64,000 bases of DNA from Candidatus Dormiibacterota bacterium (lineage in GTDB: Bacteria > Chloroflexota > Dormibacteria > Aeolococcales > Aeolococcaceae): assembly GCA_049582105.1 (NCBI GenBank), contig JBAUTG010000092.1, forward strand, positions 665 through 64,664, written 5' to 3'. The notes below the pieces were generated by a model. It saw nothing but the letters and a program-made list of their open reading frames with translations, was not told the DNA's origin and searched no databases. The position numbers were made by a program, and so were the translations under genes. Shown in pieces: positions 18,015 to 31,361 of this stretch (position 1 is its first letter; each line of letters opens with the position of its first letter).

Positions 18015-18967
18015 GCCGCCACTCCGACTCCGTCATCGCCGTAGATGAGCGCGAGCAGTGCCTGCTGCACCCAGAGACGGTTCTCAGCCTGCTCGAACAC
18101 GATGGAGTGCGGGCCGTCGATCACCGAGTCGGTGATCTCCTCGCCTCGGTGCGCCGGCAGGCAGTGCATCACCTTGACACCGGGGGGAGCGAGTGCGACG
18201 AGCGCGTCGTTCACCTGCAGGCGCGCAAAGTCCTCGCGGCGTTGCTGCTGCTCGGTTTCCTGGCCCATGCTCGTCCAGACGTCCGTGTAGATGACGTCCG
18301 CATCGCGCAGCGCCGGAGCGGCCTCGTGCCCGATGTCGAAGCCCGTGCCGGGATCGCGCAGCGTCGCCGCCCGCTGCAGCACCGCCGCAGGCGGCTCGTA
18401 CCCCGGCGGGCAGACGACGCGGAGGTTGACACGGAGGCGCGCGGCCGCGTAGATCCACGAGGTGCAGACGTTGTTGCCATCGCCGATGTACGCGACGGTC
18501 GCTCCGTCGAGCCGGCCCGCAACCGATCGCAAGGTCATGCAATCGGCGAGCACCTGGCATGGATGCTCGGAGTCCGTCAGGGCGTTGATGACCGGTGAGC
18601 TCGCCGCGCCCGCGATGGTGACGAGGTCGCGGTGTGAGACCAGGCGGGCGACGATGCCGTCGGCGTAGCCGTCGAGGATGCGGCTGATGTCGGCCGCCGA
18701 CTCGCGCTCGCCGAGCTGCACCTCGGGGTTGAAGAGCGCGATCGGATGGCCACCGAGGCGATGGATGGCGACCTCGAAGGACACGCGCGTGCGGTTGCTG
18801 GGCCGCTGGAAGATGAGCGCGAGCGAGCGGCCCGCGAGCGGGCGGCCGAGATCGCGCCCGGCCTGGGCCGCGTCGGCAAGGTCGAGGACGTCGATGATCT
18901 CGTCGGTGCTGAGGTCCGCGATGCTGAGCAGATCGCGGCCGGCGAGCGATGCACTCATCCAGCTCAT
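18011..18967 (-). CDS. argF: Ornithine carbamoyltransferase-family protein (variant SNRTR carbamoyl-phosphate motif)
   Basis: SNRTR (normally STRTR), HPCQ, DVWTSMG, HCLPAHRGEE. Start at the ATG near 18967; the table ORF has an upstream artefact extension. 4-nt overlap with cdaA. Confidence 0.75.
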   Translation of the reverse strand: MSWMSASLAGRDLLSIADLSTDEIIDVLDLADAAQAGRDLGRPLAGRSLALIFQRPSNRTRVSFEVAIHRLGGHPIALFNPEVQLGERESAADISRILDGYADGIVARLVSHRDLVTIAGAASSPVINALTDSEHPCQVLADCMTLRSVAGRLDGATVAYIGDGNNVCTSWIYAAARLRVNLRVVCPPGYEPPAAVLQRAATLRDPGTGFDIGHEAAPALRDADVIYTDVWTSMGQETEQQQRREDFARLQVNDALVALAPPGVKVMHCLPAHRGEEITDSVIDGPHSIVFEQAENRLWVQQALLALIYGDDGVGVAA

Positions 18968-19013
18968 ATGGTTGCACCGCGACGGCGATCGCGCGCCCCG
19001 GCCCGAAATCGTC

Positions 19014-20054
19014 ATGATCCTGTACGCAGGCGATACCGTGCGCCGCGTGGATATCGCGGTCGTCGTCAACGGCGGGGTGACCGAGACCCTGCAGTCGACT
19101 CCCCTGCTCCGCACCCTGCGCGCCGGGTTTCCCTCGGCTCGCATCTCGCTCGTCTGTCCTTCATCGGCGGCCGACCTCGCCGACGGCATCCCGCCGGTCG
19201 ACCAGGTCATCCCCCTGACGCAGCTTCGGGGCAACCGGAGCGGCGGTGTCCAGCTGTGGCTCACGCTCCGGGGACTCCGGCTCGACGCGGTGTTCCTGTG
19301 CACCTCCGGCGCGCTTCCGGCGGCGTCCGCGTACTTCGCCGGGGTATCGCAGCGCAGCGGTGTGGGAGGCGGGGCGCGGAGCCTGCTCCTCACGGGTCGA
19401 GTGCGGCCAGGGAGATCGGAGAACCGGGCGCAGACGTGGCTGCGCCTGGCCCAGGTCGCCGGAGTCCACCAGGAGCTTCACAGTCCGGTCTTCGAGCCCG
19501 GACCGGACGCACGGCGGCGCGCCGAGCAGGTCCTCCACAGCACCGGACTCGCGGACGGCCGGCTCCTCGTGGCCATCGCGCCGGGCTCGGGCTACGCGGA
19601 CAGTCACGGCGCACCGGCCGCGACGACGACTTGGGATCCGGAGCGGTGGGCACACCTCGCCAACCAGCTGGCCCAGCGTCACGGCGCCGGGATCCTGCTC
19701 GTCGGCTCACCCCAGGATCGATACGCCGCGGAGCGGACGAAGATGGACCTCCGGGCCGATGCCACAGACCTCATCGGCGAGATCGATCTCCCGACGCTTG
19801 CCGGCGTTCTCGCGCGTTGCGATCTCCTCATCTGCACCGACACGCCGCTGCTCCAGCTCGCGGCAGCCATGGGGACGCCGACCGTCGGTCTGTTCGGTCC
19901 GACCGACGGAACCCGCGGCGGCGCGTACGGCCGCGCGCACAGGGTCGTCCAGGCCCTGACACCCCCGCACTACGAGAACAGCCCGCAGGGAGAGGCCACC
20001 ATGGACCAGATCCGGGTCGAGGATGTGCTCGCCGGGATCGAGGCGACTCTTTAG
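19014..20054 (+). CDS. Glycosyltransferase family 9 (heptosyltransferase-like)
   Basis: GT9 architecture, MILYAGDTVRR...LVCPSSAADL...TDTPLLQLAAAMGTPTVGLFGPTD. Start taken at the in-frame ATG at 19014. Confidence 0.65.
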   Translation: MILYAGDTVRRVDIAVVVNGGVTETLQSTPLLRTLRAGFPSARISLVCPSSAADLADGIPPVDQVIPLTQLRGNRSGGVQLWLTLRGLRLDAVFLCTSGALPAASAYFAGVSQRSGVGGGARSLLLTGRVRPGRSENRAQTWLRLAQVAGVHQELHSPVFEPGPDARRRAEQVLHSTGLADGRLLVAIAPGSGYADSHGAPAATTTWDPERWAHLANQLAQRHGAGILLVGSPQDRYAAERTKMDLRADATDLIGEIDLPTLAGVLARCDLLICTDTPLLQLAAAMGTPTVGLFGPTDGTRGGAYGRAHRVVQALTPPHYENSPQGEATMDQIRVEDVLAGIEATL

Positions 20055-20078
20055 GCCCGCGGCCGCAGCGCCCGCTGA

Positions 20079-21077
20079 TCAGCGGATGTACATGAGCGCG
20101 CGCTTGAGGACATCGAGGTTGTCGAGCGCGTAGCCCGTCCCGCGCACCGCGCAGAGCTGGGGCTGGCTGTCCCGGTGGACCTCGAAGCCCGTCGCTGCGG
20201 CGATGGCGCCATCGAGCCCTTCGAGCCGGGCTCCGCCCCCGCAGAGGACGATCCCCTCGCGCCTGATATCCCCGATCAGCCGTTGTGGGGTATCCGTGAC
20301 GACCGCCTCGAGCGCCGCAAGGATTGGGTGGACATGGCCGTCGAGGCAATCGCCGAGCTCGGTCGAGGTGATCGTGATCCGCTGGTCCCTGCCGTCGACC
20401 ACCCCGGTGATCTCGAGCCGCCGCTCCTCATGAGGGCCTACTCGGGCCAGCGACGCGATCAGCTCCTCGATGGTCGCGAAATCGAGGACGGCGCCATGCG
20501 CGGCGAGCACGTGGTCGGCGACGCAGCCGTGGAGGCGCTCGCCGCCGTGACCGGCGAGACAGCGGCCGCTCACCGTGCCCTCGAGGGCGAGGGCGGCGAT
20601 ATCCGTCTTGCCCGCTCCGATGTCGATGACGAGATGACCGTTGGGACCGTTGAGCCGCACGCCGGCTCCCATCGCCGACGCAAGGGGCGCGTCGAGGAGG
20701 TACACGGTGCGTGCGCCCGCGAGCGCGGCCGCCTCGAGGAGACTGCGGCGTTGCGATCCTGCGAGCGTGGACATGACCGCGATGACCACATCCGGCTTGA
20801 AGATACGCTGGCGTCCGGCGGCACGGATCATCGCGTGATTCACGAGCCACCGCGCCGCGGTGGCGTCGACGATCTCCCCTCCGACGATCGGCCGGCGAAG
20901 GCGAAGCTCGGAGTCCTCAGCCGCGGCCTCGAAGGCCGGAGCACCGAAGATCGCCGCCTGCACCTCACCACCGCGAATCGCAACCGCCGTGGGCTCGCTC
21001 CCGATCATCCCCTCGCCCTTGACGATGATCCTCGTCGTCATGGTGCCGAGGTCGATGCCGACCTTCTTGCCCAGCAC
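20079..21077 (-). CDS. mreB: Rod shape-determining protein MreB
   Basis: Actin-like ATPase with GIDLGT N-terminus, colinear with MreB. Confidence 0.9.
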   Translation of the reverse strand: MLGKKVGIDLGTMTTRIIVKGEGMIGSEPTAVAIRGGEVQAAIFGAPAFEAAAEDSELRLRRPIVGGEIVDATAARWLVNHAMIRAAGRQRIFKPDVVIAVMSTLAGSQRRSLLEAAALAGARTVYLLDAPLASAMGAGVRLNGPNGHLVIDIGAGKTDIAALALEGTVSGRCLAGHGGERLHGCVADHVLAAHGAVLDFATIEELIASLARVGPHEERRLEITGVVDGRDQRITITSTELGDCLDGHVHPILAALEAVVTDTPQRLIGDIRREGIVLCGGGARLEGLDGAIAAATGFEVHRDSQPQLCAVRGTGYALDNLDVLKRALMYIR

Positions 21078-21090
21078 TGGTTCCGTGCCC

Positions 21091-22395
21091 TCAGTCGCCG
21101 ATCACACCGGTGAGGTCGCGCACCTCGGTTCCGGGCTCGTCGGTCGTGACCCGCTCGATGTCCGCGCCGATTCCCGCGAGCTTGACCTCGAGGTCATCGT
21201 AGCCTCGCTCGAGATGAAAGACATTGTCCAGCTCGGTGACACCGTCAGCGCACATCCCCGCGATGACGAGTGCGGCACCGCTGCGGATGTCGGGAATGCT
21301 CATCCGCGTGCCGTGCAGACGCGCCGGACCGTTGATCACCGCGCTACGCCCGTCGACGGTGATATGCGCCCCCATCTGCTGGAGCGCGGCGACGTGGCGA
21401 AAACGGTTCTCGTACAAGGCTTCGCTGATCACGCTCGTTCCCGTCGCCTGGGTCATCAGCGCGCAGAACTGAGGTTGCATATCGGTCGCGAAACCGGGAT
21501 GCGGCCACGTGGTCATGTCGACGCCGCGCAGCTTCGAGCAGCTCACACGCGCGTGGTCCGCTCCCTCGACGATGTCGCACCCCGCCGAGCGCAGCTTGCT
21601 GAACAACCAGCGCAGATCGCTCGGTCGCATGTGCTCCACCACCACGTCGCCGTACGTCGCCGCGGCCGCGATCATGTACGTGCCGGCCTCGATGTAGTCG
21701 GCGGTCACGTTGTGCGTTGTCCCGTGCAACAGACCGCCGCTCCCCTCGATGACGATGAGCTCGGTGCCGACACCCGTGATGTGCGCACCCATGCCGGTCA
21801 GGCACCGCGCCAGGTCGTACACGTGCGGCTCGCGCGCGGCGTTGCTGATGACGGTGATGCCCTCGGCGAGGACCGCCGCCATCATCAGGTTCTCGGTGCC
21901 GGTGACGGTCGGCATGTCGAGCGCGATGCGCGCTCCGTGCAGGCGCCGGGCTCGGGCGAAATACGCGCCATCGCGCTCCTCGACCTCCGCGCCCATGAGA
22001 CGAAGCCCTTCGAGGTGCTGCTCCACCCGCCGCATGCCGATGTCGTCACCACCCGGCTTGGCGATGCTCGCCTCGCCGGCACGGCCGACGAGCGCGCCGA
22101 GCAGGAGGAACGACCCGCGCATCCTGCGGCTGAGGTCGCCGTCGACCTCAGTCCGGCTGAGAGCGGCGGCATCAAGCCGCCAGGTATGCAGGTCCGGGTG
22201 CTCGACGACAACCCCGACGTGCTCGAGCATGCGGGCCATCGTCGAGATGTCCTCGATATCGGGAACGTTTCCCAGTTCCACCGGCTGGTCGGTGAGCAAC
22301 GCCGCCGCCATCACGGGAAGGGCTGCGTTCTTGCTGCCCGAGATCGCGACACTCCCCTCAAGCCGCCGCCCACCACGGATGCGCAGGAGTTCCAT
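21091..22395 (-). CDS. murA: UDP-N-acetylglucosamine 1-carboxyvinyltransferase
   Basis: EPSP-synthase fold, LRIRGG N-terminus, active-site Cys region; 434 aa. Confidence 0.95.
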   Translation of the reverse strand: MELLRIRGGRRLEGSVAISGSKNAALPVMAAALLTDQPVELGNVPDIEDISTMARMLEHVGVVVEHPDLHTWRLDAAALSRTEVDGDLSRRMRGSFLLLGALVGRAGEASIAKPGGDDIGMRRVEQHLEGLRLMGAEVEERDGAYFARARRLHGARIALDMPTVTGTENLMMAAVLAEGITVISNAAREPHVYDLARCLTGMGAHITGVGTELIVIEGSGGLLHGTTHNVTADYIEAGTYMIAAAATYGDVVVEHMRPSDLRWLFSKLRSAGCDIVEGADHARVSCSKLRGVDMTTWPHPGFATDMQPQFCALMTQATGTSVISEALYENRFRHVAALQQMGAHITVDGRSAVINGPARLHGTRMSIPDIRSGAALVIAGMCADGVTELDNVFHLERGYDDLEVKLAGIGADIERVTTDEPGTEVRDLTGVIGD

Positions 22396-22484
22396 CTCCG
22401 CTTACCGTACTCGACGGCGGCGGCAGACCGGGTAGATTAGGGTCAGGCGTCCAGATGGAACGCCGATTCGCATCGGGAGAGATC

Positions 22485-23561
22485 ATGGCAACCGCAACAC
22501 TTCCCTCCGGCACCACCGTCGAGCAGCTGCTCGGCGACCAGGCTGCATCCCTGCTCGAGCACCGCTGTGAGACCGTTGCGCAGTCGCTGCTCAACCTGCC
22601 CGGCCCCGACTTCGTCGACCGCATCTGGACGGGCACGGATCGGTCGAGCCAGGTCCTGCGCAACCTCAGCGCGATCTACGGCCACGGCCGCCTGGCGAAC
22701 ACCGGATACGTCTCGATCCTGCCGGTGGATCAGGGGATCGAGCACTCGGCCGGCGCTTCATTCGCTCCCAATCCGGAGTACTTCGACCCGGCCAAGATCA
22801 TCGAGCTCGCGGTCGAGGGGGGCTGCAACGCGGTGGCGTCGACGTTCGGCGTGCTCGGGGCGGTCTCGAGGAAGTGGGCCCACAAGATCCCGTTCATCGC
22901 GAAGATCAACCACAACGAGCTCCTCACCTACCCGAACGGGGCCGACCAGATCCTGTTCGGCACCGTCAAGGAGGCATGGAATCTCGGTGCCGTTGCGGTG
23001 GGAGCCACCATCTACTTCGGGTCGGCCGGCGCCGACCGGCAGATCCAGGAGATCTCGCGCGCATTTGCCGAAGCCCATTCGCTCGGGATGGCGACGATCC
23101 TCTGGTGCTACCTGCGCAACCCGGCGTTCAAGAAGGACGGGGTCGACTATGCGGTCGCCGCCGATCTCACCGGCCAGGCAAACCATCTCGGCGTGACCAT
23201 TGAGGCGGACATCATCAAGCAGAAGCTCCCGACCACCAACGGTGGGTTCGTGGCGCTCAGCTTCGGCAAGACCGCCGAAGCCGTGTACACGAAGCTGACG
23301 TCGGATCATCCGATCGACCTCTGCCGCTACCAGGTGCTCAACTGCTACGCCGGACGTGTCGGATTGATCAACTCGGGCGGCGAGTCGATCGGCGCCGGCG
23401 ACCTGGCCGCGGCCGTGCGCACGGCGGTCATCAACAAGCGTGCCGGCGGCACCGGGTTGATCAGCGGTCGCAAGGCCTTCCAGAAGGCGATGCGCGATGG
23501 CGTGGAACTCCTCACCGCGATCCAGGACGTCTACCTCGACAGCGCGATCACGGTCGCCTAG
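22485..23561 (+). CDS. fbaB: Class I fructose-bisphosphate aldolase (FbaB/DhnA family)
   Basis: Residue-level match to E. coli FbaB along the whole length ([26 protein letters not shown]...[20 protein letters not shown]...[10 protein letters not shown]). Confidence 0.9.
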   Translation: MATATLPSGTTVEQLLGDQAASLLEHRCETVAQSLLNLPGPDFVDRIWTGTDRSSQVLRNLSAIYGHGRLANTGYVSILPVDQGIEHSAGASFAPNPEYFDPAKIIELAVEGGCNAVASTFGVLGAVSRKWAHKIPFIAKINHNELLTYPNGADQILFGTVKEAWNLGAVAVGATIYFGSAGADRQIQEISRAFAEAHSLGMATILWCYLRNPAFKKDGVDYAVAADLTGQANHLGVTIEADIIKQKLPTTNGGFVALSFGKTAEAVYTKLTSDHPIDLCRYQVLNCYAGRVGLINSGGESIGAGDLAAAVRTAVINKRAGGTGLISGRKAFQKAMRDGVELLTAIQDVYLDSAITVA

Positions 23562-23582
23562 TCGCAGGATCCCGGCAGTTCC

Positions 23583-24080
23583 GTGGAATACGACGAGATC
23601 CCGCGAAACGACGACGAGCGGTCAACGCTGCTCGGGTTCCTGGACTGGCAGCGCCTGACGCTGGCCAGAAAGTGCGAAGGACTGGATCCGGATCAGCTGC
23701 GGAGTCGTTCTGCGGAGCCGTCCACACTCTCGCTCCTCGGGTTGGTACGTCACATGGCGGATGTCGAGCTCGGCTGGTTCCGGAGGACGCTGGCCGGCGA
23801 GGACACCGCCTATCACTACTCCACCGACGATGACGTCGACGGCGAGTTCGACAACGTGGACACGGCCGATGTGGCCGAAGCCTTCGAAACGTGGCGCAGC
23901 GAGTGCACGAGAGCTGACGAGATCATCTCGCGACGCGCCCTCGACGCCACGGGCAAGCAGAGCTCCGGTCGCGAGGTCTCGATGCGCTGGATCCTCAACC
24001 ACATGATCGAGGAGTACTCGCGCCACAACGGGCACGCGGACATCCTCCGCGAGCGCATCGACGGCGCGACCGGCTACTGA
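23583..24080 (+). CDS. DinB/DUF664-family protein
   Basis: DinB_2/DUF664-like helical-bundle signature (WQRLTLARKCEGLD..., HMIEEYSRHNGHADILRE). Confidence 0.65.
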   Translation: MEYDEIPRNDDERSTLLGFLDWQRLTLARKCEGLDPDQLRSRSAEPSTLSLLGLVRHMADVELGWFRRTLAGEDTAYHYSTDDDVDGEFDNVDTADVAEAFETWRSECTRADEIISRRALDATGKQSSGREVSMRWILNHMIEEYSRHNGHADILRERIDGATGY

Positions 24081-24128
24081 TACCGGACGCACACCCGTTT
24101 CCGAGTTCTAGACTCCGATCCTCCGCGC

Positions 24129-24149
24129 GGCCCGACCCCGGTTCGGGCC
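24129..24149. terminator. Bidirectional hairpin between convergent genes (DinB-family and acyl-CoA dehydrogenase)
   Basis: GGCCCGA-CCCCGGT-TCGGGCC, a 7-bp GC stem with a 7-nt loop in a 78-bp convergent intergenic region. Confidence 0.5.
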
Positions 24150-24158
24150 TGTTCGAGA

Positions 24159-25376
24159 CTAGGCGAGCCCCTCCTCGCGCTTCAACTCCTCGCGGCCGAT
24201 GATCGAGAGATGCACCTCGTCGGGTCCGTCCATGAAACGGGCGGAACGCGCGTAGGCGAACATCTGCGTCAGCGGGAGGTCCTGCGACACGCCGGCGCCA
24301 CCGTGCACCTGGATGGCCCGGTCGATGACCGCCTGCGCAACGTTCGGCGCGACCACCTTGATGGCGGAGATCTCGAACCGCGCCCCGAGGCTCCCCTTGG
24401 TGTCGAGGAGCCATGCGGCCTTCTGGCACAACAACCTCGCCTGCTCGATCTCGATGCGCGATTTGGCGATCTGCTCGCGCACGACTCCCTGCTCGGCAAG
24501 CCGCTTGCCAAACGCGGTCCGGGACTTCGCGCGCTCGCACATCAGCGACAGCGCCCGTTCCGCCGCCCCGATCAGGCGCATGCAGTGGTGCAGGCGACCG
24601 GGGCCGAGCCGTGCCTGGGCGATCATGAAAGCGGTGCCCTCGTCACCGATGCGGTTCGTCTGCGGTACGCGCACATTCTCGAGCAACACCTCGCAGTGGC
24701 TGCCGGGGTCGTCGAACCCGTACACCTTCAGCTGACGCACGATGGTGACGCCCGGCGCGTCGATCGGTACCAGCACCATGGTGTGCCGCGCGTGACGCTC
24801 GGCCTCCGGGTGGGTGACGCCGATCAGCAGGATCACCTTCGCGTTCGGGTGCGCGGCGCCGCTCGTGAACCACTTACGGCCATTGATGACATAATCCTTG
24901 CCGTCGCGATCGATGCGCGTGGCCAGCTGCGTCGGATCGGAGGACGCGACCTCCGGTTCGGTCATCCCGATGCACGAGCGGATCGTGCCCTCGAGCAGCG
25001 GCTTGAGCCACGTCTCCTGCTGCTCGGGGGTCCCGAACTGCGCGAGCACCTCCATGTTGCCGGTGTCCGGCGCCGAGCAGTTCATCGCCTCGGACGAGAT
25101 CGAGCTCCAGCCCATGATCTCGGCAAGTGCGCCATATTCGAGGTTGGTGAGCCCGGGCCCGAACCGCTTGTCCGGGAGGAAGAGATTCCACAGCCCGCGC
25201 CTGCGCGCCTCGGTCTTGAGCTCCTCCATCACCGGCGAGATCCGCTGGGGGATCGTGTCCGCCGAGAACCCGCGCCAGTACTCATCCTCGGCGGGGCGGA
25301 CGTGCTCGTCCATGAACCGCCAGACCTTTTCGCGCAACTCGCGCACCCGGTGTGTCTCCTCGAAGTCCATGGTCAA
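24159..25376 (-). CDS. Acyl-CoA dehydrogenase (ACAD10/11-like)
   Basis: ACAD N/M/C domain signatures; overlaps the adjacent APH-like gene by 4 nt. Confidence 0.85.
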   Translation of the reverse strand: MTMDFEETHRVRELREKVWRFMDEHVRPAEDEYWRGFSADTIPQRISPVMEELKTEARRRGLWNLFLPDKRFGPGLTNLEYGALAEIMGWSSISSEAMNCSAPDTGNMEVLAQFGTPEQQETWLKPLLEGTIRSCIGMTEPEVASSDPTQLATRIDRDGKDYVINGRKWFTSGAAHPNAKVILLIGVTHPEAERHARHTMVLVPIDAPGVTIVRQLKVYGFDDPGSHCEVLLENVRVPQTNRIGDEGTAFMIAQARLGPGRLHHCMRLIGAAERALSLMCERAKSRTAFGKRLAEQGVVREQIAKSRIEIEQARLLCQKAAWLLDTKGSLGARFEISAIKVVAPNVAQAVIDRAIQVHGGAGVSQDLPLTQMFAYARSARFMDGPDEVHLSIIGREELKREEGLA

Positions 25377-26425
25377 TCTCCTCCGGTGGAACCAAGTCGC
25401 GCCAGCGAGGTCAGGCCGTTCTCCACGATCTCCGGCACCATCTTCCCCATCGTCTCGAAACCCTCACCGACGGTCATGCCCATCAGGAACCGTGCCGTGA
25501 TGCCCTCGGCGATGATCGCGAGCTTGTACGCCCCGAGCGCGATGTACCAGTCGAGCGCCGACATGTCACGCTGCGTGCCCGCAGCGTAGTCTCGCAGGAG
25601 ATCCGCTCGTTTGTAGAAGCCGTCCTCGACGGTGATGGCCCGCCCGTGGAGCGTGCGCGCCGCGGCCTCGGAGGCGTCGTCCGCCCAGTACACGCAGAGC
25701 AGCCCGACGTCGCAGAGGGGATCGCCGATGGTGCACATCTCCCAGTCGATGACGGCGACGATCCGCGCGGGATCCGCCGGCGCGTACATGACGTTGTCGA
25801 GCCGGTAGTCACCGTGGACGATCCCCGGCGCCGACTGCGCGGGCACCGTCTCAACGAGGCGCCGGCGCAACGCCTCGATGCTCGGCAGCTCGCGCGTCTT
25901 CGACGCCTCCCATTGCTGCCACCAGCGCCGCACCTGTCGCTCGAGAAACCCTTGCGGGTGGCCGAAATCGCTGAGCCCGATCGCGTCCGGATCGATGCGA
26001 TGGAGCTGCAGCAGCGTGCTGATCAGCGCCGACGACATCGCCTGCCGCGTCTCACGCGTGTCCGGGAACTCCGTGGGCAGGGTGGTGCGGATGACGTGAC
26101 CGTCGATCCACTCCATGACGTAGAAGCGCGCGCCGATCACGGACTCGTCCTCGCAGAGCGCGATGACGTGCGGGACGGGAATGCCGGTGTCCTGCAAGGC
26201 GGCGAGCACGCGATACTCGCGTGCCATGTCGTGCGCCGTGGGGAGCACGTGTGCAAGCGGCGGTCGTCGCACGACGAACCGGCGCTCACCGTCGTCGACG
26301 ATGTACGTGAGGTTCGACCGTCCCCCCGGGATCACCTCGGCACGGAGCGATCCGGCGAGGCCGCCGACGTGAGGTCCCAGGTAGCGCTCGAGCGCGTCGA
26401 GGTCGAGCCCGGGAGGCGAGGTCAC
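25373..26425 (-). CDS. Aminoglycoside-phosphotransferase-family kinase (APH/ChoK-like), partner of the ACAD
   Basis: APH fold motifs (HGDYRLDNVM, IDWE). APH+ACAD gene pairs are a known combination. Confidence 0.8.
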   Translation of the reverse strand: MTSPPGLDLDALERYLGPHVGGLAGSLRAEVIPGGRSNLTYIVDDGERRFVVRRPPLAHVLPTAHDMAREYRVLAALQDTGIPVPHVIALCEDESVIGARFYVMEWIDGHVIRTTLPTEFPDTRETRQAMSSALISTLLQLHRIDPDAIGLSDFGHPQGFLERQVRRWWQQWEASKTRELPSIEALRRRLVETVPAQSAPGIVHGDYRLDNVMYAPADPARIVAVIDWEMCTIGDPLCDVGLLCVYWADDASEAAARTLHGRAITVEDGFYKRADLLRDYAAGTQRDMSALDWYIALGAYKLAIIAEGITARFLMGMTVGEGFETMGKMVPEIVENGLTSLARLGSTGGD

Positions 26426-26847
26426 TGCGGCGGCGGGTGCCCGCCGTGACGCCGGCGCCGGATATCGGCGACGCGCAGCCGGAGCGTCGCGCGCTCGAGC
26501 GCGAGGGCGGCCTCGTAGTTGCCGATGTCCTGTGACAGGAGCTCCTGCGCTCTCTTTCGCGACTCGTCGGCGCGGGCTTCGTCGATGTCCTCGGCGCGCT
26601 CGGCGGCATCCGCAAGGATCGTGACCTTGTCCGGGAGCACCTCGAGGAAACCACCCGCCACGAAGAGCAGGTGCTCGGTATCACCGTTGCGGACGGTCAC
26701 CTCGCCATTGCGAAGCGGGGTCAGCAACGGGATGTGATGCGGCAGGACGCCCAGGTCACCGTCGACTCCCGGCGCGAGCACGAAGTCGGCCTCCTCACTG
26801 AGGACGCTCCCCTCCGCGGTGACCAGCTCGACCTTCAGCTTTGCCAT
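26422..26847 (-). CDS. atpC: ATP synthase F1 epsilon subunit
   Basis: Canonical epsilon N-terminal beta-sandwich sequence; position after atpD. Confidence 0.9.
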   Translation of the reverse strand: MAKLKVELVTAEGSVLSEEADFVLAPGVDGDLGVLPHHIPLLTPLRNGEVTVRNGDTEHLLFVAGGFLEVLPDKVTILADAAERAEDIDEARADESRKRAQELLSQDIGNYEAALALERATLRLRVADIRRRRHGGHPPPQ

Positions 26848-26852
26848 GGTGG

Positions 26853-29227
<2,375 letters not shown>

Positions 29228-29280
29228 CGGCGGCTAGCCCTTGAACGTGCGACGCGAGTGACGCAGCGGAGTGACCACGA

Positions 29281-30804
29281 TCATCCGGCGAAGGTCTTCT
29301 TGAACTCGTCGATCGCGGTGCGCAACGATTGCTCCATCTCGTCGGAGATTCGCGCGTTCTTCGCGATGTCCGCCTCGATCTCCGGATGCGACTGGTCCAT
29401 GAATCGGAACAGGCTCTTCTCGAAATCGCGGACCCTGTTGAGGGGGACGTCGTCCAGGAAGCCGCGAGCGCCGGAGAAGATGCTGATGACCTGCTTCGCA
29501 AATGGCAGCGGGTCGTACTGCGGCTGCTTCAGCAGCTCCGTCATGCGCTGACCGCGGTCGAGACGGTCGCGGGTGCCCTTGTCGAGGTCCGCGGCGAACT
29601 GCGCGAATGCCGCGAGCTCGCGGTACTGCGCGAGGTCGAGGCGCAACTGGCCGGCAACCTGCTTCATCGCCTTGGTCTGCGCGTCGCCTCCGACGCGGGA
29701 GACGGAGAGGCCGACGTTGATCGCCGGACGGATGCCGGCGTTGAAGAGATCAGTCTCGAGATAGATCTGACCGTCGGTGATCGAGATGACGTTCGTGGGA
29801 ATGAACGCGGAGACGTCGTTCGCCTTGGTCTCGATGATGGGCAGCGCGGTGAGGGTGCCACCACCCTCCTTGTCGCTCATGCGGGCAGCGCGCTCGAGCA
29901 GACGCGAGTGCAGGTAGAAGACGTCTCCCGGATAGGCCTCGCGCGACGGCGGGCGCCGGAGGAGGAGTGACAGCTCGCGATAGGCATCCGCGTGCTTGCT
30001 CAGGTCGTCGTAGATGACCAGCGCATGGCCGCCCTTCTGCATGAAGTACTCGCCCATCGCGCATCCCGAGTACGGTGCGAGGAACTGCAGCGGCGCGGGA
30101 TCCGACGCGGTGGCGGCGACGATGATCGTGTGCGCCATGGCGCCGTTCGCCTCGAGCGTTGCCCTCACCTGCGCAACCTTCTGCGCGTTCTGCCCGACGG
30201 CGACGTAGATGCAGATGACGCCGGTGTCCTTCTGGTTGATGATCGCGTCGATGGCGATCGCCGTCTTGCCGGTCTGGCGGTCGCCGATGATCAGCTCGCG
30301 TTGACCGCGACCGATCGGGATCATCGAGTCGACCGCCTTCAGTCCGGTCTGCAACGGTGTATCGACGTTCTGGCGCGCGGTGACACCGGGTGCGACGCGC
30401 TCGGTCGGCAGGCTCTGCGCCGTCTCGATGGGTCCGCGATCGTCGAGCTGCTCGCCGAGCGCATTGACCACCCGTCCGACGAGCTCGTCGCCGACCGGCA
30501 CCTCGGCGATGCGCCCGGTGGTGCGGACCGCGTCGCCCTCCTGGAGATGCTCGTACGGCCCCAGGATGACCGCGCCGACACCGTCTTCGCGGAGGTCGAG
30601 GGCGAGGGCGAGCACCGTGCCGACCCCGCCGGGGCCGGGCATCTCGAGGAGCTCGCCGGCCATCGCGCGATCGAGCCCGTAGATGCGGGCGATGCCGTCG
30701 CTGACGGACGTGATCACGCCCTCGTTGGCGTCGACCACCGGTGCTTCGAAACTCGCGATTCGCTGCTTGAGGATCTCTCCGATCTCGTCGCTGCGTATGG
30801 CCAT
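29281..30804 (-). CDS. atpA: ATP synthase F1 alpha subunit
   Basis: Walker A GDRQTGKT; 507 aa without a mycobacterial-type C-terminal extension. Confidence 0.97.
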   Translation of the reverse strand: MAIRSDEIGEILKQRIASFEAPVVDANEGVITSVSDGIARIYGLDRAMAGELLEMPGPGGVGTVLALALDLREDGVGAVILGPYEHLQEGDAVRTTGRIAEVPVGDELVGRVVNALGEQLDDRGPIETAQSLPTERVAPGVTARQNVDTPLQTGLKAVDSMIPIGRGQRELIIGDRQTGKTAIAIDAIINQKDTGVICIYVAVGQNAQKVAQVRATLEANGAMAHTIIVAATASDPAPLQFLAPYSGCAMGEYFMQKGGHALVIYDDLSKHADAYRELSLLLRRPPSREAYPGDVFYLHSRLLERAARMSDKEGGGTLTALPIIETKANDVSAFIPTNVISITDGQIYLETDLFNAGIRPAINVGLSVSRVGGDAQTKAMKQVAGQLRLDLAQYRELAAFAQFAADLDKGTRDRLDRGQRMTELLKQPQYDPLPFAKQVISIFSGARGFLDDVPLNRVRDFEKSLFRFMDQSHPEIEADIAKNARISDEMEQSLRTAIDEFKKTFAG

Positions 30805-30829
30805 CAGTTAGTGGTTCCTCTCTCTCGTC

Positions 30830-31357
30830 TCAGGCAAGTGCTGCCTGGAGCTGTTGTAGGTGGGTGCGCAGGCTGTCGTCGATGACCCGGTCGCCGATCC
30901 GGATCACGAGACCGCCGAGAATCGCCGGGTCGCTGCGCACGACGGTCTGCACGTCGCTGCCGAGTTGTTTGCTGAGGGAGTCGCGGATGCGCGCTTCGAG
31001 CGCGGCATCCGCGGGCACCGCCGTCGTGACCTCCGCGCGCACCACACCGGACGCACGGTCGGTCAGCACGTCGTAGTGCGACAGGATCTGGGTGGCGAGT
31101 GGAACGCGGCGCCGCTCGATCAGCAGCCTCGCCAGGTTGCGCGCCTGCGCTGAGGAGCCATCGAGCAGGTGCATGCCCATGCGCACCCGTTCTCCGAGGC
31201 TGGTCCTTGGATTCACGAGCGCACTGCTGATCGCCGGATCGCCGAGCGTCGCGGCAACACCCTCGAGTTGCGCGCGCCAGCCCGCGATGTCACCCGCCTC
31301 CTGGGCGAGTGAGAAGTACGCCTCGGCGTACCGGCGGGCAAGAACGCTCGCGTGAGC
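30830..31357 (-). CDS. atpH: ATP synthase F1 delta subunit (stand-alone, GTG start placed by homology)
   Basis: OSCP/delta-like sequence; the table ORF is extended upstream across the atpF stop. Confidence 0.8.
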   Translation of the reverse strand, partial: AHASVLARRYAEAYFSLAQEAGDIAGWRAQLEGVAATLGDPAISSALVNPRTSLGERVRMGMHLLDGSSAQARNLARLLIERRRVPLATQILSHYDVLTDRASGVVRAEVTTAVPADAALEARIRDSLSKQLGSDVQTVVRSDPAILGGLVIRIGDRVIDDSLRTHLQQLQAALA

Positions 31358-31361
31358 CACG

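Noticed and set aside
20860-22440. 526-aa plus-strand ORF over mreB/murA
   Set aside because: Antisense artefact across two conserved genes and their junction.
24210-26449. Plus-strand ORFs 24210-25589 and 25352-26449
   Set aside because: Antisense to the ACAD and APH-family genes.
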